NCBI RefSeq assembly: GCF_009914755.1
Contig: NC_060925.1
Direction: 5' to 3' (one strand)
DNA from: the human T2T-CHM13v2.0 reference genome, Homo sapiens
DNA: 64,000 nucleotides
This document shows positions 16,596-32,629 of this stretch, in pieces. The notes beneath the pieces were generated by a model. That model saw only the letters and a list, made by a program, of their open reading frames with translations. It did no database searches and had not been told where the DNA came from. The position numbers and the translations under genes are program-made. Each line of letters opens with the position of its first letter. Position 1 is the stretch's first letter.

Positions 16596-18104
16596 TAAGG
16601 CCACAGGTGTGCACCACCACACCTGGCTAATTCTTTCATTTTTGTAGAGATAGGGTCTCCTTATGTTGCCTAGGCTGATCTTGAACTCCTGGGTTCAAGC
16701 CTCCTGACTTGGCCCCTCAAAGTGCTGGCATTTCAGGCATGAGCCAACATGTCTGGCCTAGACTTTTTTTTTTTTTTAGCAGTTTTAGGTTCACAGAAAG
16801 TTGAACAGATAGTACAGAGAGTTCCCACATATAACAACCCCTCCCCGACAACACTCACACATACACACGCAGTTTCCCCTATTATTAACATCTTCGTTAC
16901 TATGATACATTTGTTGCAATTGATGAATCAATATTCATATGTTATTATTAACTCAAGCCCAGAGTTTACATTAGGATTCATTCTTCACGTTATAAAGTTC
17001 TGTGGGTTTTGACATAGGCATAATGTCAGGTATTCACCAATATAGAATCATACAGAATAGTTTCACTGCCCTAAAGATCCCCTGTGCTTACCTGTTCAAC
17101 ACAGCCCCCCACCTTCCCCTGACCCCTGGCAACCACAAATCTTTCTATAGTTTTATCTTTTTAAAAGTTTCATGTAGTTGAAATCATACAATATGTAGCC
17201 CTTTTAGATTAGCTTTTTTCACTAAGCAATATGCATTTAAAGTTCCTCTGTATCTTTTTGTGGCTTGAGAGCTCATTTCTTTTTATCATTGACTGATGTT
17301 TCTACCAGTTTGTTTATCCATTTACCTTCTGAAGAACATTTTGGTTGCTTCCAGTTTTTGGCAATTATGAATAAAGATGCTATAAACATGCATCCAAAAT
17401 AAATGAATCTTAAATCCCAACAATAAGAAAACAACCCAAATTAAAGATGGACAAAAGATCTGAACAGATACTTTGCCAAAGAAGATATACAGATGGCAAA
17501 TAAGCATATGAAAAGATTTTAACCATCATATTTCACTTAGCAATTACAAATAAAAGAATATATCTCCCCATTTTTTTTCTTTAGCCTCTTGATGCAATGG
17601 ATTACATTAATTGATTTTCAAACGCCAAATCAGTTCTTGAATACCTGGAATAAATCCCACTTAGTTGTGGTGTATAATTATTTTTATACATTGTTGGATT
17701 ATATTCACTAATATTTTGTTGAAGACTTCACGTCTATGTATATGGGAGATATTGGCTTCTAGTTTTCCTTTCTTGTAATGTCTTTATCTTGATTGGGTAT
17801 TCAGGTGATATTGGCCTCACAGAATAAGTTAGGAAGTATTCCTCCTGCTTCTATTTTCTGGAAGAGATTGTAGGGAGCTGGTATCATTTCTTCCTTAAAT
17901 GTCTGATAGAATTCACCAGGGAACCCATCTGGGCCTGGTGCTTTCTGTTTTAGAAGGTTATTAACTATTGATTCAAATTCTTTAATAGATAAGGGCCCAG
18001 ATCATCTATTCCTCCTTGTATGAGTTTGGGTAAATTGTGTCTTTCAAGAAATTGGTCCATTTCATCTAAGTTATCAAATTTGTGGACAGAGAGCTGTTCA
18101 TAAT

Positions 18105-18320
18105 ATTCCTTTATATATCATTATAAATAATATATAAAATAATAATATAAATGATATATAAATTATAAATATAAATTTTATATAGCATATATTTATAAAA
18201 TAAATATTTTATATATTATAAATATAATATAAATATATTGATATGATATAAAAATATGGTATATATAAAATATGTTTTATAGCATATAAATAGGAATATA
18301 AAAAATATATATATATTTGC
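18105..18320. repeat. AT-rich low-complexity tract
   Basis: Nearly pure A/T, degenerate (TA)n. Confidence 0.9.
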
Positions 18321-18330
18321 TGTTCTTTAC

Positions 18331-19361
<1,031 letters not shown>

Positions 19362-20289
19362 TCAGCTGTGATGGCCTCTCTTTCATGTCTGATATCAATA
19401 ATTTGTGTCTTCTCTCTTTTTTTCTTGGTTACCTACTAGAGGTTTGTCAGTTCTATTGATCTTTCCAAAGAACCAACTTTTGTTTTCTTTGATTCTCTCT
19501 ATTGTCTTCAATTTCATTCATTTCTGATCTAATATTTCTTTCAGTTCTTCTGTCTATGTTAGGCTTATACTGCTCTTCTTCCTCTAGTCTCCTAAGGTAG
19601 AAACTTTGATTATTGATTTCAGATCTTTCTTCTTTTCTTATGTGTGCATTCAAGGCTATAAATTTCCCTGTAAGCACTGCTTTCACTGCTTCCCACAAAT
19701 TTTAAGTGGTATTTTCATTTTCATTTAGTTAAGATAATTTTTAATTTCTCCTGAGATTTCTTCCTTCACCGTGTGTTATTTAGAAATGTGTTGTTTAATC
19801 TCCAAATGTTTTGGGATTTTCCACCTATCTTTCTGTTACTGATTTCAAGTTTACTTCCATTGTGGTCTGAGAGCATATTCTACATGATTTCTATTCCTTT
19901 AAATTCATTGAGGTGTGTTTTATGGCTCAGAATGTGGTATAGCTTAGTGAGTGTTCCATGTCAGCCCAAGAAGAACGTGCACCTTGTTGTTGTTGGGTTA
20001 AGTGTTCTATAAATATCAATTAGATCTTGTTGATTGACGGTGTTGTTCAGTTTAACTATGCCTTTACTAATTTTCTGCCTGCTGGCTCTGCTAATTACTG
20101 ACAGAGGGTTGTGGAAGTTTCAGCTGTCATATTGGGCTTATCTGTTTTTCTTTGCAGTTCTGTCAGCTTTTGCCTTGTGTATTTTGGCACTCTGTTGTTA
20201 GGTGCATGCACATCAAGCATTGTTATGTCTTCTTGGAGAATTACCCCTTTACCATTATTTATGGCTCTCTTTTTTTTTTTTTTTTTTGA

Positions 20290-20388
<99 letters not shown>

Positions 20389-20391
20389 TGA

Positions 20392-20598
<207 letters not shown>

Positions 20599-21113
20599 TG
20601 AAACTGCCTTGGCCGCAGTTAGTATAGCTACTTCAGCTTTCTTTTTTATTTTAATATTTTGGGTGGCAAAGTGTTTGGTGGAAACTTGGAAAGTGGCTAA
20701 TAGCACAGACATTTGAATCAGGCGAACCTGAGTACAAGCCAGGTGACTTGTCAAGCGGGGTGACTTTGGGTAAATTCATTCTGTGTCTCAGTTTCCCTAT
20801 CTACCAAATGGGAAACTATCTCTAGATTGTTGTGAAGATGAAATAGGGCAATGCAATAAAGCACTAAGCAATCTCCTGGCTTGTAATGTGTAAGTAATAT
20901 GTTTTATTGTTACTCTAGTATACATATTAATATATTCTATTATTAATATAAGCTCTAGGTTGTTATATGATGGAACTTTAGTTGTCTACATGCAAGTACT
21001 TTTATATAAAAGCTGGACAGGGCACCCTGAGAAGATAAACTTAGAAAATAGTTGCAAAGTCTCAAGCTGGCATGGATGTCTGGTTGACAGTGCCCTTAAA
21101 AGATGAAGACTTT

Positions 21114-21762
<649 letters not shown>

Positions 21763-22261
21763 TCACCTCCTTTGTGCTGAGCTTCACTCAGTCCTCTTAT
21801 TAAAGTGAAATTACAGAGGAGCTTCTGTCCCTTGCCATCAGTTTGCAGACACACTGGCTGGGGCCCCTTTCCTTTGGGGAAACATGGTCACACCAAGCCC
21901 CCTTTTGAAAAGCGGGCCATCTGTGGTTAGGCAAATCCTGAATAGCTTTTAAAAAGCAATGGAAATAACTAATCGCATGGGAAATATTTATTGTACATCA
22001 AGGTTTTTCAAAGGTAGTTATAAAACTATGTATGTAGGGTGTGATTAATTTTGTTTAAAAAAATTTAAAAGGACGTAAGCATAGAAAAAAAACGTGGAAG
22101 GATGTGAACCTCAATGTTAACCATGGCTGCCACTGGTGAGGGTGGGATTATAAGTAACGGTAATGGCTTCTTTAGTACTTTTCTCTATTTCTTGTTTGGG
22201 CCATTTTTGCCTCCTGTCCTGGTACTGAGTACCACCATAAATACCCATGTGGAGTCAGGGA

Positions 22262-22358
22262 AAAAGAAAATGGCCAATTCCTTGACGATTTTCGGTTTTG
22301 GTAAAATAAAAAATAAAAATAAAAACAAAAACAAAAAGAAAAGAAAATGGCCAATTCC
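22262..22358 (+). mobile_element. Micro-retroposition: 21-nt body + A-rich tail between 20-nt TSDs
   Basis: aaaagaaaatggccaattcc at 22262-22281 and 22339-22358. Confidence 0.7.
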
Positions 22359-22622
22359 CTGGTCCCATATTTGTCCAATATGACTCTCCCAAGATCCCTT
22401 TGCCTTTGTGTTGCCTGATTTCCCCACTCAACAACTTAGGTACCTGTCCCCAGGTCTGGTGTCAGACAGAGCACATATCCCAAGCTCCTTCACACACTAG
22501 CTGTGTGGCCTTGGGCAAGTCGCTTAACCTCTCTGATCCTCAGCCTCCTCCTTTTAAAATGAGGATTGTCGTGATGATCTGGCGGCGGCAAAACAGGTAA
22601 GGCACTCAGCTCAAAACATTAG

Positions 22623-22985
<363 letters not shown>

Positions 22986-23539
22986 TGATCGCACGCTGCA
23001 CACAGGCAGCAGAGACAGAGTGGACCCTGTGGAGTTCTGAGTCATTCTGGCGGGTCCCAGGAAGGAGAGAATCTTAGCACCCTCTTCTGGGCATTTCTTG
23101 GAGTTGCATCTTGGCTCACATAGAACCAGTTTTCCAAAAATGTGCAACTTCCTGAGAGGAGGCGGAAAACAAGGTGTGCTTTTGAAAATGCAGAGGTGGA
23201 TTTCATTTTTAGGTAGATGAGCACGCTGCTCCTTCCTAGCTCTGTGACCTGGGCCAGACTTCTTCATATGCCCAGGTCTCTGCCTTCTTGACGGCACATG
23301 GCATCAAGAGAATGTCTGTAGAGCCTGAAACTCAGTGTCCAAGTAGACGCTCTTAACACATAAGCGCCTGAAAAGCCAAATCTGTGAAGTCCGAGCCAGT
23401 GTTTCCCTAAACATGTCTGATTATCAGAATTTGAGGGGGACTGTTCAGTAAAATTACAGGTTCCCGGGGCCCCTCCATGGGAGATTCTAATTTTGTGACT
23501 TGCCAGTGGGGGAGGAGGAGGATGCACAATATCTCTATT

Positions 23540-24575
23540 TCTTTTTTTTCATACAAAGGTATTTATTGAAGTATTATTTGTAGTGGCATAACATTTGAAA
23601 CCTAAATGCCCATCAAAAGGGGCATTGTTTAATAAAATATAAGGGGTTCATTCTTATGTGGATAACTATGCTGCTTTTTTTTAAAATGCAGCTTTATTGA
23701 GGTATAGTTGACATACAGTAAAACTGTACATGTCCAAAGTACATCATTTGCTAGGTTTGGGAACATGGATATACCTGTGAAGCCATTGCCACAACCAAGA
23801 CATTAAGTGCACCCGTCACACTACAGGGTTCCTCATGACCTTAGCATTTCTTTGCTTCCTTGCTTTGAACAGCTTTATAGAAGTATAATTTATGCAGCAT
23901 AAACCCTGCCCATTTTAAGCGTACAATTCAACACATTTCAGTATATTTACAGAGGGGTGCAGCCATCACCACAAGCCACTTTCAGAACATTGCCATCACC
24001 ATGTACATCCTAGAAAGAAACCTGTGAGATACTTGACTTTTTGTGTTGGTTTGTGCAATTTTTTATGTTTTAAACTGTGGTAAAATACATATAACATGAA
24101 ATTCACCGTATTCACCGTTTCTAAGGAACAGTTCAGTGTTGAGTGCATTCACATTGTGGCGCTGCTGTCACACCGTCGATCCACAGAACTCTTTTCATTT
24201 TGCAAAACTGAAACTCTGCCCCTATTAAACAAGAGCACACTGTCTCCCTGTTGCCCTCTCACCCTAGCCTCTAACGACCACCGTTCTACTTCCTGTCTCT
24301 GTGAATCTGACTACTCTGGGTACCTTGTATAAGCGAAATCATACGATATTTGTCCTTTTGTGTCTAGCTGGTTTCACTCAGCACCAAGTCCTCAAGGTTC
24401 ATCCATGTTGTAGCATGCGTCAGACTGTCCTTCCTTTTGAAAGCTGAAGAATGCTCCCTTGTATGAGAGACCACATTTTGCTTATCCGTTCTTCCATGGG
24501 TAGACACGTGGGCTCCTTCCGCCTTTTGCCTATTGCAAATGATGCAGCTGTGAACCTAAGTGTACAAATTTGGGG
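23540..24575 (-). mobile_element. Old L1M 3' fragments
   Basis: Antisense L1MB/ME 3'UTR motifs. Confidence 0.65.
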
Positions 24576-24592
24576 AGGGGTATTTTGTTTTA

Positions 24593-25031
<439 letters not shown>

Positions 25032-25277
25032 TTATTATAATGGAATAATGAGGAGGAGCAGGAGGGACACTGTGCTAAGGCATTTACCTGCTTTCCCTTA
25101 TTTAATGCAACAGCCTAGGGCATGGGCTCTCTCATGATCCCCATTTTGCAGACAAGGAATCTGAAACTCAGAGAGGTTAAGTAATTTGCCCAGGACCACA
25201 CAGCTAGTCACTGTGAATTAAACTCTGTCTCCACTTGCAGGTAACAATTGGGAGAAAACCATTGGGTCAGCTGCTAG

Positions 25278-25614
<337 letters not shown>

Positions 25615-26844
25615 CAACAAAGCACACTTTTACAGTCACTTGGCTGTACATGAATTTTAAAAATTCTTATTTCTACATGCAGTTGCCTCCTGCTTTATTA
25701 GCTAAGGGACTTTTGGCAGCCAGACATCTGCCCCCTGGCCCATGCCCAGAGTACCTCACAGCAGCCCGAGCGTTTCCAGGGGGCAAGCCGAGCCTCTGTC
25801 CCTGCCAGGTTTTCCTCAGAAGACCCCCTGTCCGCCTCCACCCCATCCTCACAAAACTGCTCTCGGCTCCCTTTCAGAGCATTCCTAGATCAAGAGACAT
25901 TCGTGCAGGCTTCCTCTTAGTGACAAAGGGTCCTTTGCAGGCCTGAGTGAGGGCAGCCATGTGGACTGAGTTTCTCTTTCTGATGGCTTCCCTTTCTATT
26001 TGCCTGATGACCTCGACCTGTGAGCTATAAAAAAGAAAAAAGGAGGTAGTGAAGAGCGTCTCTCATCAAATCTCATCTCATTTTGGGGTCCAGTTTTTCT
26101 AAGAAATGTGTAGCTGTCTTGATTCCAGCATGCTCTTGTCTCTTATTGATTCTTTGAGTCCCTAGAGAGGGGGCTGTGTCTTCCCCGCGGTAGAGTTTTC
26201 AAGGATTGTTTCCTTTGGAAGAGGACTGTCCTAATATTGTAAGGCTTAGCTGTTCTTTTCCCAAGAAAGAGTTCCCAAACAGAAAAATTTATTTCAGGCT
26301 TTGTGGTGACCATAACCAACAGAGAGGGACGTGACAGCCATTTCAATAGGAAATGGGAGGTGGAGGCAGAAGTTAGAGACCCAAATGTGTTTGTAGACAT
26401 CACAGTGGCTAGCGTGGGTGTCCTGAAGTTCAAGTGAGTCTGCCCCACACAGTTCTGCCCTGCTCTTGACCAGCTGTGGGATCATGCACAAGTTGCTTCA
26501 CCTCTCAAAGCCTCAGTTCCCATTTCTGTAAAATTGGAATCCTAATAGTTCCTCATGTGGGGTTACTGTAGTAGTAAACGGGTCATTGTTTGCAAATTGC
26601 TTAGCCCAGTATCTGGTGCCTATGATAGCAGGAAGGTAAGAGGAGCACGCTAGCAGCCACCTGCCTCCACTGTGAGCCTTCCCATGGACAGAAAACCTCC
26701 CAAGACCTCCCAACTACCAGGTGGATGCCTTTGCAAATAACTTACCCATGGAGTGACATACAAGGTAGAAAAACAGAAAGAAACTCTTGGTTTACAAAGT
26801 ACATTGGCACCCACGATATGCTTAAGAGTACACGTTATATATCA

Positions 26845-27158
<314 letters not shown>

Positions 27159-28429
27159 GTATAGCCTAGGGCCACCACCTTGCACAACTCCAGTCACCAT
27201 TCACAGTAGAGTCCACAAAGATGGCACCCCCTGGAGTTGTGCGAGGCATAACCTACAGGGCCATTTGCGATGCCCTGAAGCAACTGTTGAGTAGTAACAC
27301 TGACTCCCTGCCTAAGTGTCAGGCGTGTGAAATCCAAGTCACAAAGTCAGATGTGCTTGCCGCGTTGTTTCTGCCATTATGATGTTTGCTTGTTGGTTTC
27401 TTTAGTGCTTTATGATTTCCAGGAAAGGAGCTGTGAGTGAGGGTTGTCCTGTGAACACTAGTGCTGTTCTTATAAAGCAGCTAGGTAAGGAAACCTACGT
27501 TGGCCTGTTCTGCCCTGCTCCCATTCCAGCCAGAGCTTCCCACATGACTTCTGGATGCAGTCCTTCGACCCTCTTGCAACCTCATGACATCCTGCCCAAC
27601 ATAAAGAGTGCCCATATGCCTGGCTACTCACTGCCTTAAAGGGGAAGCTCTTTGGGAGTGCAGTGAAGAACACAAAGGCTTTGGAGTACGATAGACTGAA
27701 GTTCAAACTCCAATGGCAATCTAGCCTTTCTGAGCCTCAGTTTCCAACTTTTGCCGGGCAGGAACACATTAACCACAGGCTCCCTTTCCCCCTTCAGAAT
27801 TTGCATACAGGCCTTTGGGACCATCCCATCACTGTATAAACTGAAGCCCAAAGAGGTTCTGCAGTGTTCCCAAGATTGTGTAATCAGTTATGGCCAGAAC
27901 CAGGATTAAGTCTCCTGAGTCCCGGTCTGGGAGTCTTTCCCAACAGCCCAGAGCACCTCGGTCACCTGAGAGCTCAGGCAAGTTCCTCACTGCAGTGCTG
28001 CCAGCCTGCCACTTCACATGCTCATGGGGGATGATATATCGTGTGGGTAGAAATGAAAGCCACCGATGATAGAAGAAAATGCAGTTTCAGATAGGGGCTT
28101 CCTCATTCGCCTCCACTATCTTTTCACCAGGGATGCTGCTGAAGTTCCTGGACAAACTCAGTTCCCCCCTTGCAGTTTCTTTTTTGATGGTGATGATAAT
28201 GTCTGGCGGCTAATGTTTAATGAGCATTTACTATACGTACCAGGAAGTGTCCTAAGTACTTAATATATATGATCTCATTTAGTTCTCGCAAAGTAAGAAG
28301 TATCTGTTGTCATCTCCATTTTACAGGTGAGGCACAAAACGTAACACATTTTTCGGGGTTATAGATGGTAGGAGGCAGAGGAGGTAGATTAACCAATTCT
28401 GCTTAATTCTAAATCCCATGTTCTTAACC

Positions 28430-28632
28430 AGAGGTCGGCAGACTACATCCCATGGGCCAAATTCAGACCATCTCCTGTTTTTATAAATAAAGTTTTATTG
28501 TAACACCTCCATGCCCACCAGTGTTTGCTTTTCTGCTCCAATGGCAGAGTTGAGTAGACAGAGATCATATGGCACACAAAGCCAAAAATATTTACTCTCT
28601 GGCTCTCTTAGCAAAAGTTTACCAACCTCCAC
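28430..28632. mobile_element. MER58A-like hAT-Charlie MITE
   Basis: cagaggtcggcagact...aaataaagttttattg...aagtttaccaacctcc. Confidence 0.7.
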
Positions 28633-28829
28633 TCATAACACTATGCTATTCTGCCTCTTTCATTTACCCAGTGTCTGAAAGAAGGGCTAAAAAGGAGGAT
28701 AGGAGATTCTGGGGATAGGAGAAAGAATGAATGCCCCCACTATCTGCTAGGAACTGCGCTGGTTAATAGTTTACTTAGTTAACTGAGGAATAGGAAAAAG
28801 GGAAAATACGCTTTGAACAGTCTTCATTA

Positions 28830-29118
<289 letters not shown>

Positions 29119-29804
29119 CCGCCTTCATTACCTCTTTAAAACAGAACTTGGAGATATGTGGTTCTAAATATACACATACATGTATATGCATTTGCATATA
29201 TAGTAATATAATCATATTGATACATCTGATAAATATGCTTGACATTAATGTATAATATACACAAGAGATGAATATTTATAAATTTTACCTGTTTCTTCAA
29301 CTGGAAGTTTTTTTTTAAAACTTTGGAATGTTTTCCCTGGGATAACTTTTGAAACAGAAATTTGAGGTTTATAGTCCAGAGGCTGCTGTAGCTAGAGAAC
29401 TGTTTATTTGTTCCAAATTTCTCCACCTAATGTTTTACTACCTGTGGTTGGTTCCTTGGTCTTAAGTCACTTCTTCTCTGGGGCCACTGCTTTACTCTTA
29501 CAAGTTTAAAGGTAAATTTGGTGCATGATTATAGCCTGGTGGGTTTTACTCAAACAAGTCAGAACTCGCATTAACACCTTTCATTCTAAGTACATAGTGA
29601 TATTTGTGCTCAAGTGTCAATAAGCATATTTTCCAGGAAATTTTACTGTTTGCAAGTGTCAGAAACCCAACTCAGACTAGCCTAAGCAAAAGAAGGAGAA
29701 GAAGAAGTAGCTGAAGTTATTTTTCATGTAACTGAAAAGGCCAGAAGCATCAGCTTCAGGCCTGGCTAGATCCATGTGCTCAAGGGATGCTCAGGAATCT
29801 GTCT

Positions 29805-29944
29805 GTTAGGGTTACCTCTCTCGGCTTTGGAGCCCCCCTCCCTCTTTCTCTGTACCGGGAGTTTCTTCCTTCTGTCTTCTTCCTTCTTTCTTGCCTATTA
29901 AACTTTCCGATCCTTAAAACTCAAAAAAAAAAAAAAAAAAAAAA
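29805..29944 (+). mobile_element. Polyadenylated ERV LTR fragment (LTR10-like R region) retroposed into an MLT1 LTR (about 29640-30250)
   Basis: ATTAAA 29897-29902, A22 from 29923, TSD aggaatct(g/c)t(c/t)t. Confidence 0.65.
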
Positions 29945-31538
29945 GGAATCTCTTTCATCTTTGTGAGCTTCACAGTCTCAAGCAGATTCTTGCCCCACCT
30001 GTAATGAGGTGGCCACTGGCAACCCCAGCACCTTCCAAACTCAGCAGCTCTAGGAAAAGAGCAAGCGTCTTCATTGGCTTCGTTTGGATCACATGACTAT
30101 CCCCGAACCAATCAGTGAGGCCAGAGACATGGAATGCTCTGACTGGCCAGGCCTGGGGCATACTCCCTCCCCTGGAGTGGAGGGGATGAGCCCCATTGTG
30201 GGAGGGAGGGGTGTCTCCCCCACACCCATGCAGGAGATGGATGCAATGTAGGGAGGAAAAACAAAAAAAAAGCCCATGGCAAGAAAGCATTCCTCCTACC
30301 TAAGCTGAGCCTCCGTAATGAGATTCTGTGCTAGGAGCTTGGGGTAAGAAAATGATGAATAATCCATTCTCTATCAGGGAAGTTCCAGGCAGGTCTCCAA
30401 GGAAGTAGCGTGGCTTGTTTTTCTCCTCGGTGTATGATGAGAAGGACACAGAGTTGGGGGTTTAGTCATCCATCCCAGGGAAGGTGGCAGTTCCCATCTT
30501 CATGGGACCGTTAAGTACTCCCCGTTCTTGAGAAGAATGTGGCTTTGCCTGTAACCAGGCCGAGTAACTGGGGATTGAACAAAGAACCAGAGAGCATGGC
30601 ACACTTCAGAAGAAACGTCTCGATAGCCAAGCTTTGTCATCTCCCATCCCGATCGTGTAGTATTTTCCTCTACACTGTGCTGTTACAGCTCTTGGAGGGG
30701 ACCTGCTGATGTGATGAAAGATCCTGAGACCAGGTTTTTTTATATCAAAGGACATTTTCCAAAGCCCATGAAGTGGAGGGCATGGGGCAGCAGACAGCCT
30801 CAGGCACAATGTCCTCGGCAAAAACACAGAAGGACTCCTGAAGTTTGCTTCCTCCTCAGATGTCTACAGAGTGTGCAGACAGCCTAGGGGACTGCAGGGA
30901 GGAGCGCAGGTGGAAGCCTTAGCATCCTGGTGAAACAGAACACGGACGACCCGGCCCAAAACCCCAGGGATCAACCGTGGCTGTTTCCTGCAGGTCACAC
31001 TCTTCCCAAACTGCAGCCACATCGCCGCTTTTCCTAAGTTAGTTGATCATGCATTGGTTCATTCAGTCACTCAATCTGGCAAGACTGAGCTCCAGCAGGC
31101 CGAGTCTAGGGTAGAAAACGCAGTTTGCAAACATCTAAGTGTTTTCTCCTTAGATTCTCTTTCCCATTTTATGGACTGACCAGGAAATGAATTAGAACTT
31201 AAAGGAAAAGGAAAACTTTAAGCTAGAAGGTTTACAAAGATGGAAAGTAAGATGGGCCAGAATGCACTTAGGTGTCCCCTAACCCACCTGGCCAAAATCC
31301 AGATAAATGGCCTTTTTGAATAGCTCAAAGGGACCTACTTCTTTAAGTTCTAAAACGTGGAAATAGTATGTAACTTGGCTGTTCTGTGTTCTAACATGTA
31401 TAATCCCAATTTCTGGAATGGAAAATCCTAGACATAATTGATCCTTTTCTTGGAGACTTAGAATTATTGCCCCATTTTGAATCCTGGCACCCGCCAGGGG
31501 CTGTTGAGATGGAGAAGGCTGTCTTCCTGGGCCGCACA

Positions 31539-31557
31539 TAGCACCCTCTGCTGCCCT
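31539..31557 (-). promoter_or_regulatory. Candidate CTCF site AGGGCAGCAGAGGGTGCTA
   Basis: Good match to CTCF core consensus. Confidence 0.4.
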
Positions 31558-31847
31558 GGGGCTCTTCTGTCTGCGTTTTAGGGTCTGGCAGTCAGTTCCT
31601 GCTCTCTGCTGGGATCAGTGTGCCTCCTTTCCCCCTTCTTTCTTGCCCCTTCCTGTCCTTGTAATTGTGTAGTTATTAGGGTAAAATTGAGTAAGATCAG
31701 AGGAAGTAGAGGCTGAAAGTAGACCTAGAGGACTACCTGTATGAATAAGCGACATTAGTGGTTCCATGTGGATTTTGTATTATTTTTTTCTGGTAACTCA
31801 AAGGTCCCTTAAAAGAGTTTTGTTTTTGTTTTTTAATTAAATAACCT

Positions 31848-32154
31848 GGCCAGGCATGGTGGCTCACACCTGTAATTCTGGCACTTTGGGAAGTCAAGGT
31901 GGGTGGATCACTTGGGGCCAGGAGTTTGACACCAGTCTGACCAACATGGCAAAACCCCGTCTCTACTAAAAATACAAAAAATTAGCCAGGTGTGGTGGTG
32001 CATGCCTGTAATCCTAGCTCCTCGGGAGGCTGAGTCATAAAAATCGCTTGAACCCAGGAGACGGAGGTTGCAGTGAGCTAAAATCGCGCTACTGCACTCC
32101 AGCCTGGGTGACAGAGTGAGACACTGTCTCAAAAAAAAAAAAAAAAAAAAAAAA
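31848..32154 (+). mobile_element. AluS
   Basis: Full dimer with A tail. Confidence 0.88.
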
Positions 32155-32629
32155 GGAGAGGGGAGGAAGGGGGCATTGATTAAGACTCAGCTCCACCTCC
32201 TGGTTGGGGATTACTTATGTGTGTTACATTCTTCTGTAAGGAAGTGTCTCTTCTCTGCCATTGAATTATTTACTCATTCATGTATCTATATCAGTACGGA
32301 CTCCTCTGTCTTTATTTGATTCTCTGTGCTATAATCCACCTGATGTTATTTATTTTGTAGCTCATATTGTCCTAGCCTTGGCCACTGGAGCGCTTTTGGG
32401 TTGGTGCTTATCCCTCTAACAGGGCCCGCACCTTCTGTTTTTGAGCACTTACTCACTTTCTGCTGTTACAAGATGCCCCAGGCTCATAGTGTATTCTCCC
32501 TGCCCCAGCCCCAGAATCAGCTGAAGGGTATTTTTTAACTTTGGCTCTGTTTGCCAATTGTTCAATTCAGTTCGGTCAGCAGGCACCTAGAGTGTGTGCC
32601 AGGCCCTTCACTGGGCACTGGGTCCAGCC

